From positions 8,928 to 72,927 of IMG/VR virus record IMGVR_UViG_3300031994_000079: 64,000 nt of DNA. One strand, written 5' to 3'. Source of the DNA: a virus. Taxonomy: Duplodnaviria; Caudoviricetes. A model generated the notes under the pieces. The model made no database searches, was not told the origin of the DNA, and saw only the letters and a list, made by a program, of their open reading frames with translations. Both the position numbers and the translations under genes were made by a program. Shown in pieces: positions 28,967 to 37,358 of this stretch (the first letter of the stretch is position 1; every line of letters starts with the position of its first letter).

Positions 28967-29227
28967 ATGTCATACGCAATTTTACAGGTAGCAGTAACAA
29001 AATCAACACAGGAGCAGTTTCCCGACGGTCTTATCACAAAGGTCGGGAATGACAGCTACGATTTAAACGGAGCAATCACTAAATGGCATCAGCAGTGTAA
29101 CGCACTGAGAGGTGATGCCGACACTTACAAGTACAAGATCGCAGTTATGGACAGCAATCTTAATGTGGTTGGTAACTATGTTGAGTTCAACGATAAAGGT
29201 ATTCCGAATCCTGAACCCGAAGAATAA
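28967..29227 (+). CDS. hypothetical protein (possible fibre chaperone)
   Basis: AAGGAGG RBS, 86 aa. Confidence 0.6.
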   Translation: MSYAILQVAVTKSTQEQFPDGLITKVGNDSYDLNGAITKWHQQCNALRGDADTYKYKIAVMDSNLNVVGNYVEFNDKGIPNPEPEE

Positions 29228-29268
29228 GTTACCCTATCAAATCACAGGGAATAGAAAGGGAATAATCA

Positions 29269-29496
29269 ATGGATTACAAAGAGAGAATGAAAACTGAATA
29301 TTGGGAAGTAAAAGACAGATATGAGAAACTTCATAAGATGTTGGTTAAGTATGATGCAGGAAAGCTTGAATTTACACCAACATGCCCTATCGAGTTGTTA
29401 AAGGAACAGGCTTCTGTGATGGGAAGATATCTGTATATACTGGAAACAAGAGCAATCATAGAAGGCGTTGATTTGTTTGATAAGACAGAGGAATAA
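29269..29496 (+). CDS. crAss001_48-like hypothetical protein
   Basis: ERMKTEYWEVKDRYEKL...LLKEQASVMGRYLYILETRA pattern. Confidence 0.55.
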   Translation: MDYKERMKTEYWEVKDRYEKLHKMLVKYDAGKLEFTPTCPIELLKEQASVMGRYLYILETRAIIEGVDLFDKTEE

Positions 29497-29499
29497 TCA

Positions 29500-29685
29500 A
29501 TGAAATACAGAAAAAAGCCTGTAATAATTGAAGCGTATCAGACTGATAAAGAAATGACAATTCATACCTTAGAAGGTGATATGAAGGCAAATGTTGGTGA
29601 TTATATTATTACAGGGGTGAATGGAGAGCAGTATCCTTGCAAACCCGACATCTTCAAAAAGACATATGAAAAGATAGAGGAATGA
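29500..29685 (+). CDS. PGDYG-like protein
   Basis: [10 protein letters not shown]...[30 protein letters not shown]. Confidence 0.65.
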   Translation: MKYRKKPVIIEAYQTDKEMTIHTLEGDMKANVGDYIITGVNGEQYPCKPDIFKKTYEKIEE

Positions 29686-29816
29686 ACCCAACACGCTTAA
29701 ACGGTGGCGAGAATAGGTAGACGCTAAAGGGACGATAGATGATACCATACAGCTAATGGTCGCTAAAATCATCATATAAGGTGCAAATCCTTATCCGTTG
29801 CGTACCACGTTGGGTC
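29686..29816 (+). ncRNA. tRNA-like element (non-canonical / pseudo-tRNA)
   Basis: D-arm TGGCGAGAATAGGTAGACGC, T-arm TAAGG-TGCAAAT-CCTTA, AACGG/CCGTT closing stem; enlarged central region. Confidence 0.55.
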
Positions 29817-29961
29817 TAATATCAGATAATCAGTATTCGCAAATTAGCGTTTGGCAGGGCGATGTAATGGATGGTTGGCTCTGATTATCTGGCTGTATGG
29901 TGGGAATGGGGCAGAAATGTCCTGTTCCCTAACATGCAGTTTACCCCGAAAAGGAAAAAAC

Positions 29962-30117
29962 ATGGGAACAACAATAGGAAAAATAAACATAGCTTTCATT
30001 GATAATGATTTGTTTTGGGGATTTGCTTTTCGCATTGGAAAGGATTGCAAAGATGGTAAATTCTACATGACATTACAATTTGGAAGTGGAATGTTATATA
30101 TCGATATATCGGGTTAA
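29962..30117 (+). CDS. small hypothetical protein
   Basis: AAAGGA RBS before ATG 29962. Confidence 0.4.
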   Translation: MGTTIGKINIAFIDNDLFWGFAFRIGKDCKDGKFYMTLQFGSGMLYIDISG

Positions 30118-30132
30118 AGGGGAGTAAAGCCA

Positions 30133-30420
30133 ATGGAAAGTATAATATCAGCTTTAATCGGCGGTGCGGTTGCTGTGATTACTTGTCTGATAAACGACAA
30201 CGTACAACGGACAAAAGAGCAACACGCAATCGAAATGAAAATAGCGGAAGTCAACGCCAACTATGACAAGCAGACTGCCTTAATTACTCAGCAGATTGTA
30301 TCTCTGACGGAGCATGTTAATAAGCACAATAACGTCATTGAAAGACTATATGACGTTGAAAAGCTGACTGTACGGTTGCAGGATATGGTTAATGAGCTAA
30401 GAGAGGATGATAGGCGATGA
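30133..30420 (+). CDS. lysis-module membrane/coiled-coil protein (holin-associated)
   Basis: N-terminal TM, VNKHNNVIERLY motif. Confidence 0.6.
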   Translation: MESIISALIGGAVAVITCLINDNVQRTKEQHAIEMKIAEVNANYDKQTALITQQIVSLTEHVNKHNNVIERLYDVEKLTVRLQDMVNELREDDRR

Positions 30421-30623
30421 GAAAAGATATACCAAGGTCGTTGACATTATATGTTGTGTTTTCCATAATGATGATTCTACTCTATACGATTGTAGAACTT
30501 ATAATCAGTACAGTATCAGGAATCTCACATGATACCTTGACCACCTGTTTTTATGGTGTTTTTGGTGGAGAGATTTTATGCTGTGCTTTGATTAAAATAT
30601 TCAAGTTGAAAAGGGGTGTATAA
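30417..30623 (+). CDS. two-TM membrane protein
   Basis: Two hydrophobic segments, basic C-terminus. Confidence 0.6.
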   Translation: MRKDIPRSLTLYVVFSIMMILLYTIVELIISTVSGISHDTLTTCFYGVFGGEILCCALIKIFKLKRGV

Positions 30624-30719
30624 ATGAGTGTTTTACTTGCCTTTGGTGGCATAATGGGATTTACATTATTTGGATTATTGTTAGGAATAGTAATTGGAAA
30701 GGATGATGATTATGAATGA
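30624..30719 (+). CDS. 31-aa single-TM peptide
   Basis: MSVLLAFGGIMGFTLFGLLLGIVIGKDDDYE; AAGGGG RBS. Confidence 0.45.
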   Translation: MSVLLAFGGIMGFTLFGLLLGIVIGKDDDYE

Positions 30720-31014
30720 ATTAACAACCGTAGTATTGAAGTGCTTAATCATAATTATAACCACGGCAATTACTGTCGTGATAATTCCTTACATAAGACA
30801 GAAAATAGGAGAAGAAAAGTGGTGCAGATTGCAGGAGTATATAGAGTATGCAGTAAGATGTGCCGAACAGATTTATACTCCAGAAGAGTGGGAACAGAAG
30901 AAGAAATACGTCATGGGCTTTGTAATCTGTAAAGCTGAAGAATTAGGTCTGAATATATCCGAGCAGGATATTGATATATTAGTAGAAGGCATTGTAAACG
31001 CAGTTAAACATTAA
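30712..31014 (+). CDS. holin, LL-H family
   Basis: N-terminal TM then AVRCAEQ...EQKKKYV...DIDILVEGIV. Confidence 0.8.
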   Translation: MNELTTVVLKCLIIIITTAITVVIIPYIRQKIGEEKWCRLQEYIEYAVRCAEQIYTPEEWEQKKKYVMGFVICKAEELGLNISEQDIDILVEGIVNAVKH

Positions 31015-31027
31015 GGAGGATTTCAAA

Positions 31028-31423
31028 ATGAAAAGAATTGTAACATTAGCTTTTGTATTATCAATGATTATGGCTGTACCTGTATTTGCTCAGGAAGTCA
31101 CCGACCCCGAAAAGGTCATCAAAGAGGAAACCTTTGTTGCAGGTGAAGATGCACTTGCCAACGAGTTCCATAATTCAGAGATATGGAGAAGTGAAAACTA
31201 CGTGAAGTATCTTGATGGCGTTATCTATAATCTTGATGAAGTAGTGAGGATTAAGCAGGAAGTAGTTACCAATTATAAGTATCTGGCTCAGTATAATCCG
31301 TATTACTATTCGCTTATTCCACAGGCAGAAAGAGATTTGGCACAGGCTAAGTCATGGGTTGAATACTACAAGGCTTATAAGGTCATCACTCAGAATGATT
31401 TAAAGGTCAGATATAAATACTAA
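31028..31423 (+). CDS. secreted hypothetical protein
   Basis: Sec signal peptide MKRIVTLAFVLSMIMAVPVFA. Confidence 0.65.
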   Translation: MKRIVTLAFVLSMIMAVPVFAQEVTDPEKVIKEETFVAGEDALANEFHNSEIWRSENYVKYLDGVIYNLDEVVRIKQEVVTNYKYLAQYNPYYYSLIPQAERDLAQAKSWVEYYKAYKVITQNDLKVRYKY

Positions 31424-31435
31424 GGCGGTGAGAAT

Positions 31436-32158
31436 ATGGGGTATACAACATCAACAGCCAAGGCGTTCATAGAGCGAATAGCACCGCTCATGAAAGCCGA
31501 AGCAGAGAAAAGGGGTTACAAGATTGTGTCCACAGCAATCGCACAGGCAGTAATCGAAGGTGCGGCAGGAACGAGTGTGTTGGCGAGAGATTATCATAAC
31601 CATTTCGGCTTGAAGTGTGGAAAGAATTGGAAGGGTGCTTCTATAAACATGAAGACCAAAGAAGAATATAAAGTCGGCACTCTTACTACAATAAAAGATA
31701 ACTTTAGAGCATATTCCAATGATGAAGAAGGCGTAAGAGGATATTATGATTTCATAAATACAAGTAGATACGCAAACCTTAAGCAGGCTAAAACTCCATT
31801 GGAGTATGCTCAGTTCCTTAAGAAAGATGGATATGCTACATCAAGTACCTATGTAAATACTCTGATAAGTACCGTCAATAAATACGAGCTTGATAAGTGG
31901 GATAAAGAAAAGGTTGTAATTAGTGATGTTACAGATATTGCTATTGAACGTCCCACTTTAAAGAGAGGAAGTAAGAGCGAAGTAGTAAGAAGCTGGCAGA
32001 TATTTCTCAACTTACATGGTTACTCTTGTGGTATTGCTGACGGTATATTTGGTGTAAATACAGAAAAAGCAATTAAACAGTGGCAGAAAGACCACAATCT
32101 AACTGCTGACGGTATTATAGGACCAAAGACCTGGGCTTCATTACCAGTTGTTAATTGA
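31436..32158 (+). CDS. endolysin: GH73 glucosaminidase plus PG-binding domain
   Basis: AIAQAVIE...HNHFGLK...GYATS; C-terminal WQIFL...ADGIFG..T..AIKQWQ...DGIIGPKTW. Confidence 0.92.
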   Translation: MGYTTSTAKAFIERIAPLMKAEAEKRGYKIVSTAIAQAVIEGAAGTSVLARDYHNHFGLKCGKNWKGASINMKTKEEYKVGTLTTIKDNFRAYSNDEEGVRGYYDFINTSRYANLKQAKTPLEYAQFLKKDGYATSSTYVNTLISTVNKYELDKWDKEKVVISDVTDIAIERPTLKRGSKSEVVRSWQIFLNLHGYSCGIADGIFGVNTEKAIKQWQKDHNLTADGIIGPKTWASLPVVN

Positions 32159-32212
32159 TATAATATATGATACACTTATATAAAAGTATTATATCAAACA
32201 ACAGGTGATAAT

Positions 32213-32470
32213 ATGGATAAAAAAGATGTACCATATATAGTACATGAAAGTATCACTACTAAATTGGAACGTACTATAGAGAAATTATGGATTTTAGCAA
32301 TCATTCTTATCTTCCTTTTAGTAGGTACTAACTGTATATGGATTTATTACGAAAGTCAATGGGAAACTATATCTGTCGAACAAGAAAATACAGACGGTAT
32401 AAATAATTACGTTGGTAATGATGGAGATATATACAATGGCACGACAGACGATAAAAACAAGACGCCGTAA
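32213..32470 (+). CDS. single-TM membrane protein
   Basis: KLWILAIILIFLLVGTNCIWIYY segment. Confidence 0.65.
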   Translation: MDKKDVPYIVHESITTKLERTIEKLWILAIILIFLLVGTNCIWIYYESQWETISVEQENTDGINNYVGNDGDIYNGTTDDKNKTP

Positions 32471-32557
32471 AGTCGGCGGTGATAGTGGTTATATACAATG
32501 CAATATGTGTCATGGCTCTGGCAGAATAAAAAATTGGCGTAAGAAGAAAAAGAAAGC

Positions 32558-32767
32558 ATGATTGAATATACCAATACACAGGTATCTAATATAATAGACG
32601 AGTATATTCATTCTGAAAGAGATAGAGCCATTCTCAAACGGCGTCTTATTGATGGCATATGTTATGAACCATTGGCAGAAGAATTTGACCTATCAGTCAG
32701 ACGAGTTAAAACTATTGTAAAGAATGGTCAGGAGAAAGTCTTTTCTAAGTTATGGCAAAATATTTAA
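32558..32767 (+). CDS. sigma-70 region-4-like HTH protein
   Basis: SERDRAILKRRLIDGICYEPLAEEFDLSVRRVKTIV. Confidence 0.7.
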   Translation: MIEYTNTQVSNIIDEYIHSERDRAILKRRLIDGICYEPLAEEFDLSVRRVKTIVKNGQEKVFSKLWQNI

Positions 32768-33393
32768 TCCACAGCTGTAATCAACGTCAATGGTATGTTG
32801 ACAAATATCTTATACCAAATCTTATATCTCAAGGAATCGAAAGAGAAAATATACAAATATTTCAAGATACAGAACAATTAGGCAATCTTTTTGCGTTTAT
32901 TAGAAGTTTGGAAGATTTAAAAGAAGATACATGGCATTTACAAGATGATATAATTCTTTCAACAACTTTCAAAAAGAGGACCGAAGAGTATGACGAAGGT
33001 ATTGTTTGTGGTTTTTGCAGTACATACACAAGAAACTTTGGACCGGGTATTAGAAAGCCCAGAGAATTATGGTGTTCATTTCCATGCATAAGAATACCTA
33101 ATAAGATAGCACATGAATTTGTTGATTGGTTTTATAAAGATGTTATCCACAATCCGGAATACAGAATGTGGGTAAGACGTAAAAAGTATGATGATAGTTT
33201 ATTTAGGATATTCTTAGAAGATAATTATACAGACATGGATATTCTCAATCTCGCACCCAATATTGTGAATCATATAGATTATCTTTTAGGTGGTAGTGTT
33301 GTGAATAATGAACGTACTGAAAACAGGGTGACTTCGATATATTGGGAAGAACAAGGATTGTTAGAATATTGGGAAGGTAGATTAGTAAGATGA
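32752..33393 (+). CDS. putative GT-A fold glycosyltransferase
   Basis: WHLQDDIIL DxD-like motif; PNIVNHID. Confidence 0.6.
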   Translation: MAKYLIHSCNQRQWYVDKYLIPNLISQGIERENIQIFQDTEQLGNLFAFIRSLEDLKEDTWHLQDDIILSTTFKKRTEEYDEGIVCGFCSTYTRNFGPGIRKPRELWCSFPCIRIPNKIAHEFVDWFYKDVIHNPEYRMWVRRKKYDDSLFRIFLEDNYTDMDILNLAPNIVNHIDYLLGGSVVNNERTENRVTSIYWEEQGLLEYWEGRLVR

Positions 33394-34010
33394 AATATAT
33401 AATCATGTGCGGTGGTAATTATCATACAAAACAGCTTAAATTTTTATCTTGCGTAAAAGGTGAGACTATAGTACAAAGAACAATAAGGCTTTTACGACAA
33501 ACAGGTGTAGAAGATATAGCAATAAGCAGTAACTATAAAAGACTTGAAGGTTTTGGTGTACCTGTTCTTCATCATTCCAATAAATTTGATATATACAATC
33601 CAAAAACTTATTGGTATGATGCATTTTATCCTACTGATGAACCTGTATGCTATATATTTGGTGATGTTGTATTTTCAGAATACGCTATAAATTATATAGT
33701 AAATTATAAAACAACCAGAATTGAATTTTTTGCGAGTGCTCCACCTTTTCCAAAAAACTATATGAAGAAATGGGCAGAACCATTTGCTTTTAAAGTTGTA
33801 GATACAAAATATTTTTGGGAATGTGTGAATAAAGCAAAACGATGGCAAGATGAAGGTAGATTTTCACGATGGCCAGTATCTTGGGAATTATGGCAAGTAA
33901 TACAAAAATCAGAAATAAACAGAATAAAACCAGACTATTGTATTATAAATGATTTCACTTGTGATTGTGATACACAATTAGAAGCAAGGGAAATAGAAAA
34001 GTATATGTAA
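33390..34010 (+). CDS. putative sugar nucleotidyltransferase (NTP_transf-like)
   Basis: YIIMCGG...K...VKGETIVQRTIRLL; GDVVF; DCD near C-terminus. Confidence 0.65.
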   Translation: MKYIIMCGGNYHTKQLKFLSCVKGETIVQRTIRLLRQTGVEDIAISSNYKRLEGFGVPVLHHSNKFDIYNPKTYWYDAFYPTDEPVCYIFGDVVFSEYAINYIVNYKTTRIEFFASAPPFPKNYMKKWAEPFAFKVVDTKYFWECVNKAKRWQDEGRFSRWPVSWELWQVIQKSEINRIKPDYCIINDFTCDCDTQLEAREIEKYM

Positions 34011-34023
34011 ATTGCACTTTATC

Positions 34024-34055
34024 AGCACCTCAACTTCATTGTTGAGGTGCTTTTA
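34024..34055 (+). terminator. intrinsic terminator
   Basis: AGCACCTCAAC-TTCATT-GTTGAGGTGCT-TTT. Confidence 0.85.
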
Positions 34056-34170
34056 TTATGCAAAAATTTATATATGAAAAAGCTAAAAGTAGAACCTATA
34101 CCAGTTAAAGATACAGACAAATTGCTATGGGTTATAACAGATAATCAAATATTTAAGGCAGTGAGTAAAG

Positions 34171-34548
34171 ATGTTTGTACAGGTCAATCCCAATCCAGCA
34201 GGCAATCTTGTAGGAGATTGTGTAATAAGGGCAATATCAATACTTCTTAATAAGTCATGGGAATATGTATATGACGAGATAGTGGAGCAAGGTAGAGAAA
34301 TGTACGATATGCCATCTTCTAATGCAGTATGGGGAGCTTATCTACATGACTTAGGTTATAATCGTAAAGTTATACCTAATACATGCCCGAACTGCTATTC
34401 GATAATTCGATTTTGTCAAGATAATCAACAAGGCGAATTTTTATTAGCTACTGGTACTCATGTAGTTACAGTAATTGATGGTGATTACTATGATACGTGG
34501 GACAGTGGTGATGAAATACCAATTTATTATTTCACAAAGGAGGAATAG
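34171..34548 (+). CDS. putative papain-like cysteine peptidase
   Basis: NPNP...GDCVIRAIS (Cys), GTHVVTVIDG (His), YDTWDSG. Confidence 0.55.
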   Translation: MFVQVNPNPAGNLVGDCVIRAISILLNKSWEYVYDEIVEQGREMYDMPSSNAVWGAYLHDLGYNRKVIPNTCPNCYSIIRFCQDNQQGEFLLATGTHVVTVIDGDYYDTWDSGDEIPIYYFTKEE

Positions 34549-34550
34549 AT

Positions 34551-34982
34551 ATGCCAAATTTTTATAATCCTTATCAGATGTATCCAAATTATTATCAACC
34601 TCAAGTTCAGCAACCTCAACAGACACAGACAAATGGTTTTATACCTATATCATCAGAATTAGAAGCGAGAAATTATCCTGTTGCGCCCGGCAATAGTGTT
34701 ACATTCAAAGATGAAAACGCACCTTATATTTATACAAAGACAATGGGATTCTCACAGCTTGACCAACCAATATTCGATAAATATAAGCTGATAAAAGAAG
34801 AACAAGAAGTGCCAGTTGCAAAAGAACGTATGGACGAACTTAAAAAGCTCAAAGAAGAAATCAAGATGACCGATGATGATATAGAAGATTTGAGGAATGA
34901 ATTGCAGTCTATATGGGGTGAGATAAATGTACTCAAACAACCGAAGAGACTTAATAAGAGAGAAAAGGATGGTGACGATTGA
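34551..34982 (+). CDS. N-terminally Gln/Pro/Tyr-rich protein
   Basis: YNPYQMYPNYYQPQVQQPQQ; YPVAPGNSV..D. Confidence 0.7.
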   Translation: MPNFYNPYQMYPNYYQPQVQQPQQTQTNGFIPISSELEARNYPVAPGNSVTFKDENAPYIYTKTMGFSQLDQPIFDKYKLIKEEQEVPVAKERMDELKKLKEEIKMTDDDIEDLRNELQSIWGEINVLKQPKRLNKREKDGDD

Positions 34983-35190
34983 TATGGCAGGCGATATGAA
35001 TGATTTAATGAATATGTATCAGCAGATGAAAGCTAATCCAATGCAGTTTTTAAGACAGCGGTTTAATATACCAGATAATCTTAATATGGATAATCCAAAT
35101 GATATTATACAGCATCTTCTTAACACCAAACAAGTGACGCAACAGCAAGTTAATCAGGCTATGAAAATGAAACATATGTTCAGAGGTTAG
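34969..35190 (+). CDS. small Gln/Asn/Met-rich protein
   Basis: NPMQFLRQRFNIP...P..IIQHLLN...VTQQQVNQA. Confidence 0.65.
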   Translation: MVTIDMAGDMNDLMNMYQQMKANPMQFLRQRFNIPDNLNMDNPNDIIQHLLNTKQVTQQQVNQAMKMKHMFRG

Positions 35191-35275
35191 AGTGTTGGCC
35201 ACACTTTAATATATAACCGGCTATTCGCTATAGAGAGTAGTCGCTAACCTAAAATAATTATAGGAGGTAAAAGAA

Positions 35276-36136
35276 ATGTCATTAACAGACAACGGTAGTA
35301 ATGGATTAGTTATGCCCGTATCACCTATGTACGGTGGAGGTGGATTTGGCAACGGTTTCGGTGGAGACGGTTGGTGGATACTGCTTCTTCTTCTGTTCGC
35401 AGGTGGTTGGGGTAATGGTTTTGGTGGCTATGGTGGAATGGGTGGCTTTGCCGCTGATGGGGCTATGCTTTATCCTTGGATGAACCAGGCAAATCTTACT
35501 TCTAATGGTTTCCAGAATCAGATGTTGAATGATAATGTTACCAGTATACGTGATGGTATAGCAAATCTTTCAACACAGCTTTGCAACACAGGTTCAGATA
35601 TTCAGATGGCACTTTGCAATGGTTTTGCTGGTGTAGAACAGGGAGCCAACACAAGACAGATGGCAAATATGAACCAGAACTTTGCATTACAGACAGCTAT
35701 GCTCCAGGGATTTAATGGAGTACAGGCACAGCAGGCAGAATGTTGCTGTGAGAACAGACTTGGTATTGCTAATCTTGGTTCAGATATTGCAAGAGAGGCT
35801 TGTGCTACTCGTACCAATGATACACAGAATACACAGGCTATTCTTAATACTATCAATGGTGGTATTCAGTCAATTAAGGACCAGCTTTGCCAGGATAAGA
35901 TTGATGCTAAGAATGATGAGATTGCAAACCTTCGTCAGCAGGTAGCTATGAAAGATTTGGCAGCTTCACAGGTAGCTCAGAATGCCTTTATAGCACAGGG
36001 CTTTAGTAATGAAGTTGACCAGTTGTACAACAGACTGAATAGCTGTCCCGTTCCCACAACTCCGGTTTATGGACGTACCCCGATTTTCCAGTGCAACAGA
36101 AATGAATGTAACTGTAATCAGGGTTTTTATAACTAA
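35276..36136 (+). CDS. Gly-rich TM plus coiled-coil Cys-containing protein
   Basis: GGDGWWILLLLLFAGGWG, ECCCENR, CQDKID motifs; AGGAGG RBS; leader hairpins at 35191-35245. Confidence 0.75.
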   Translation: MSLTDNGSNGLVMPVSPMYGGGGFGNGFGGDGWWILLLLLFAGGWGNGFGGYGGMGGFAADGAMLYPWMNQANLTSNGFQNQMLNDNVTSIRDGIANLSTQLCNTGSDIQMALCNGFAGVEQGANTRQMANMNQNFALQTAMLQGFNGVQAQQAECCCENRLGIANLGSDIAREACATRTNDTQNTQAILNTINGGIQSIKDQLCQDKIDAKNDEIANLRQQVAMKDLAASQVAQNAFIAQGFSNEVDQLYNRLNSCPVPTTPVYGRTPIFQCNRNECNCNQGFYN

Positions 36137-36148
36137 GGGGGTGTTGGC

Positions 36149-36604
36149 ATGGCAAAGTATGTAACTCCTACTGATGCGTTAGTTGCATTAAACGGCACAA
36201 TACCATTCAGTAGTGTTTCTATCCCTTGCAACACGGGTAATGTAATACCGTTATCCGTAGGGATTCTTAACTTGAAAGGCAACACACCTAACAGATTTGC
36301 ACGATATGACGTGACAGTACAGGCAAATATACAGATACCGACAGCGGGCGCAGTAACACCTATAGCAATAGGTATAGCCATAAATGGGGCAGTAATCCCT
36401 GAGAGTGTGGCAATCTATACACCACAGGCAGTAGAAGAATATGGTCACATAAATACTACGACTACGGTGACTATCCCTTGTGGGTGCTGTGCAACCATAT
36501 CAGCGGTTTATTTTGACGGTACGGAAGATGACCCAGCAACTACGCCCACACCGTCAATCACTGTACGGCGTAATGCGTCTATCACAGTTAATAGAACGGC
36601 ATGA
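36149..36604 (+). CDS. beta-sandwich protein (BclA-C/C1q-like, tentative)
   Basis: All-beta pattern; PCGCC motif. Confidence 0.55.
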   Translation: MAKYVTPTDALVALNGTIPFSSVSIPCNTGNVIPLSVGILNLKGNTPNRFARYDVTVQANIQIPTAGAVTPIAIGIAINGAVIPESVAIYTPQAVEEYGHINTTTTVTIPCGCCATISAVYFDGTEDDPATTPTPSITVRRNASITVNRTA

Positions 36605-36617
36605 AAGGAGAACGGAT

Positions 36618-37004
36618 ATGCAGGTATTATATGACCTTTGTGAACTGCTTGAAGATGAGATACATGATATAGTCAGAAAGGGTGAAATATCATCTACTGA
36701 GCTTGAAGGTGCTTATAAAGCAGTTGACATTATAAAGGATATTAAGACTATAGAAGCTATGGAAGACTACTCTTATGATGATTATTCTCGCCGTAACTCT
36801 TATGACGGTGATAACATGTCTTACAACATGAGCCGTGATAATAGCTATGCACGTAGAGGTCGTGACGGAGATGGTGATGGCAGATATAGTGAGCGTAGAG
36901 GACGTGATGGTCGTGGTCGTTATAGCAGAGATTATAGCGGTGATGACAAACAGCAGATGCTCCAGAAGATAGACCAGATGAAGAAACAGATTGAGCAGAT
37001 GTAA
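36618..37004 (+). CDS. hypothetical protein with Arg/Asp/Gly/Tyr-rich disordered tract
   Basis: YARRGRDGDGDGRYSERRGRDGRGRYSRD; AAAGGAG RBS. Confidence 0.7.
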   Translation: MQVLYDLCELLEDEIHDIVRKGEISSTELEGAYKAVDIIKDIKTIEAMEDYSYDDYSRRNSYDGDNMSYNMSRDNSYARRGRDGDGDGRYSERRGRDGRGRYSRDYSGDDKQQMLQKIDQMKKQIEQM

Positions 37005-37010
37005 TTTTAT

Positions 37011-37039
37011 GGGGGAGCAGAAATGTTCCCCCTATTTTT
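37011..37039 (+). terminator. intrinsic terminator
   Basis: GGGGGAGCA-GAAA-TGTTCCCCC-TATTTTT. Confidence 0.85.
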
Positions 37040-37052
37040 AAGGAGGATAAAA

Positions 37053-37295
37053 ATGAATAATACTATACTTGAATTATCAGATATTTTACCATCTTATGTC
37101 GAATATATTTCATTAAAGAAAGAATATCAATTAGGTAATATCTCTGAGAGTAGAGTTATAAAATCATTAAAATTCGTATGTATAGAAATAGAAGAATTTT
37201 TAAATACCCTCTATAGTTGTACTGATATGAATAAAGAAAGAAAATGTATTATAGATATGATAAATCGCATTTCTACTGACTTTTCTGAAAAATAA
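37053..37295 (+). CDS. hypothetical protein
   Basis: AAGGAGG RBS before ATG 37053. Confidence 0.6.
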   Translation: MNNTILELSDILPSYVEYISLKKEYQLGNISESRVIKSLKFVCIEIEEFLNTLYSCTDMNKERKCIIDMINRISTDFSEK

Positions 37296-37358
37296 GTCTT
37301 TACAAATCATCATAAACGTGTTATAGTATATTTAGATAAAACATCAAGAAAGGAGAGA

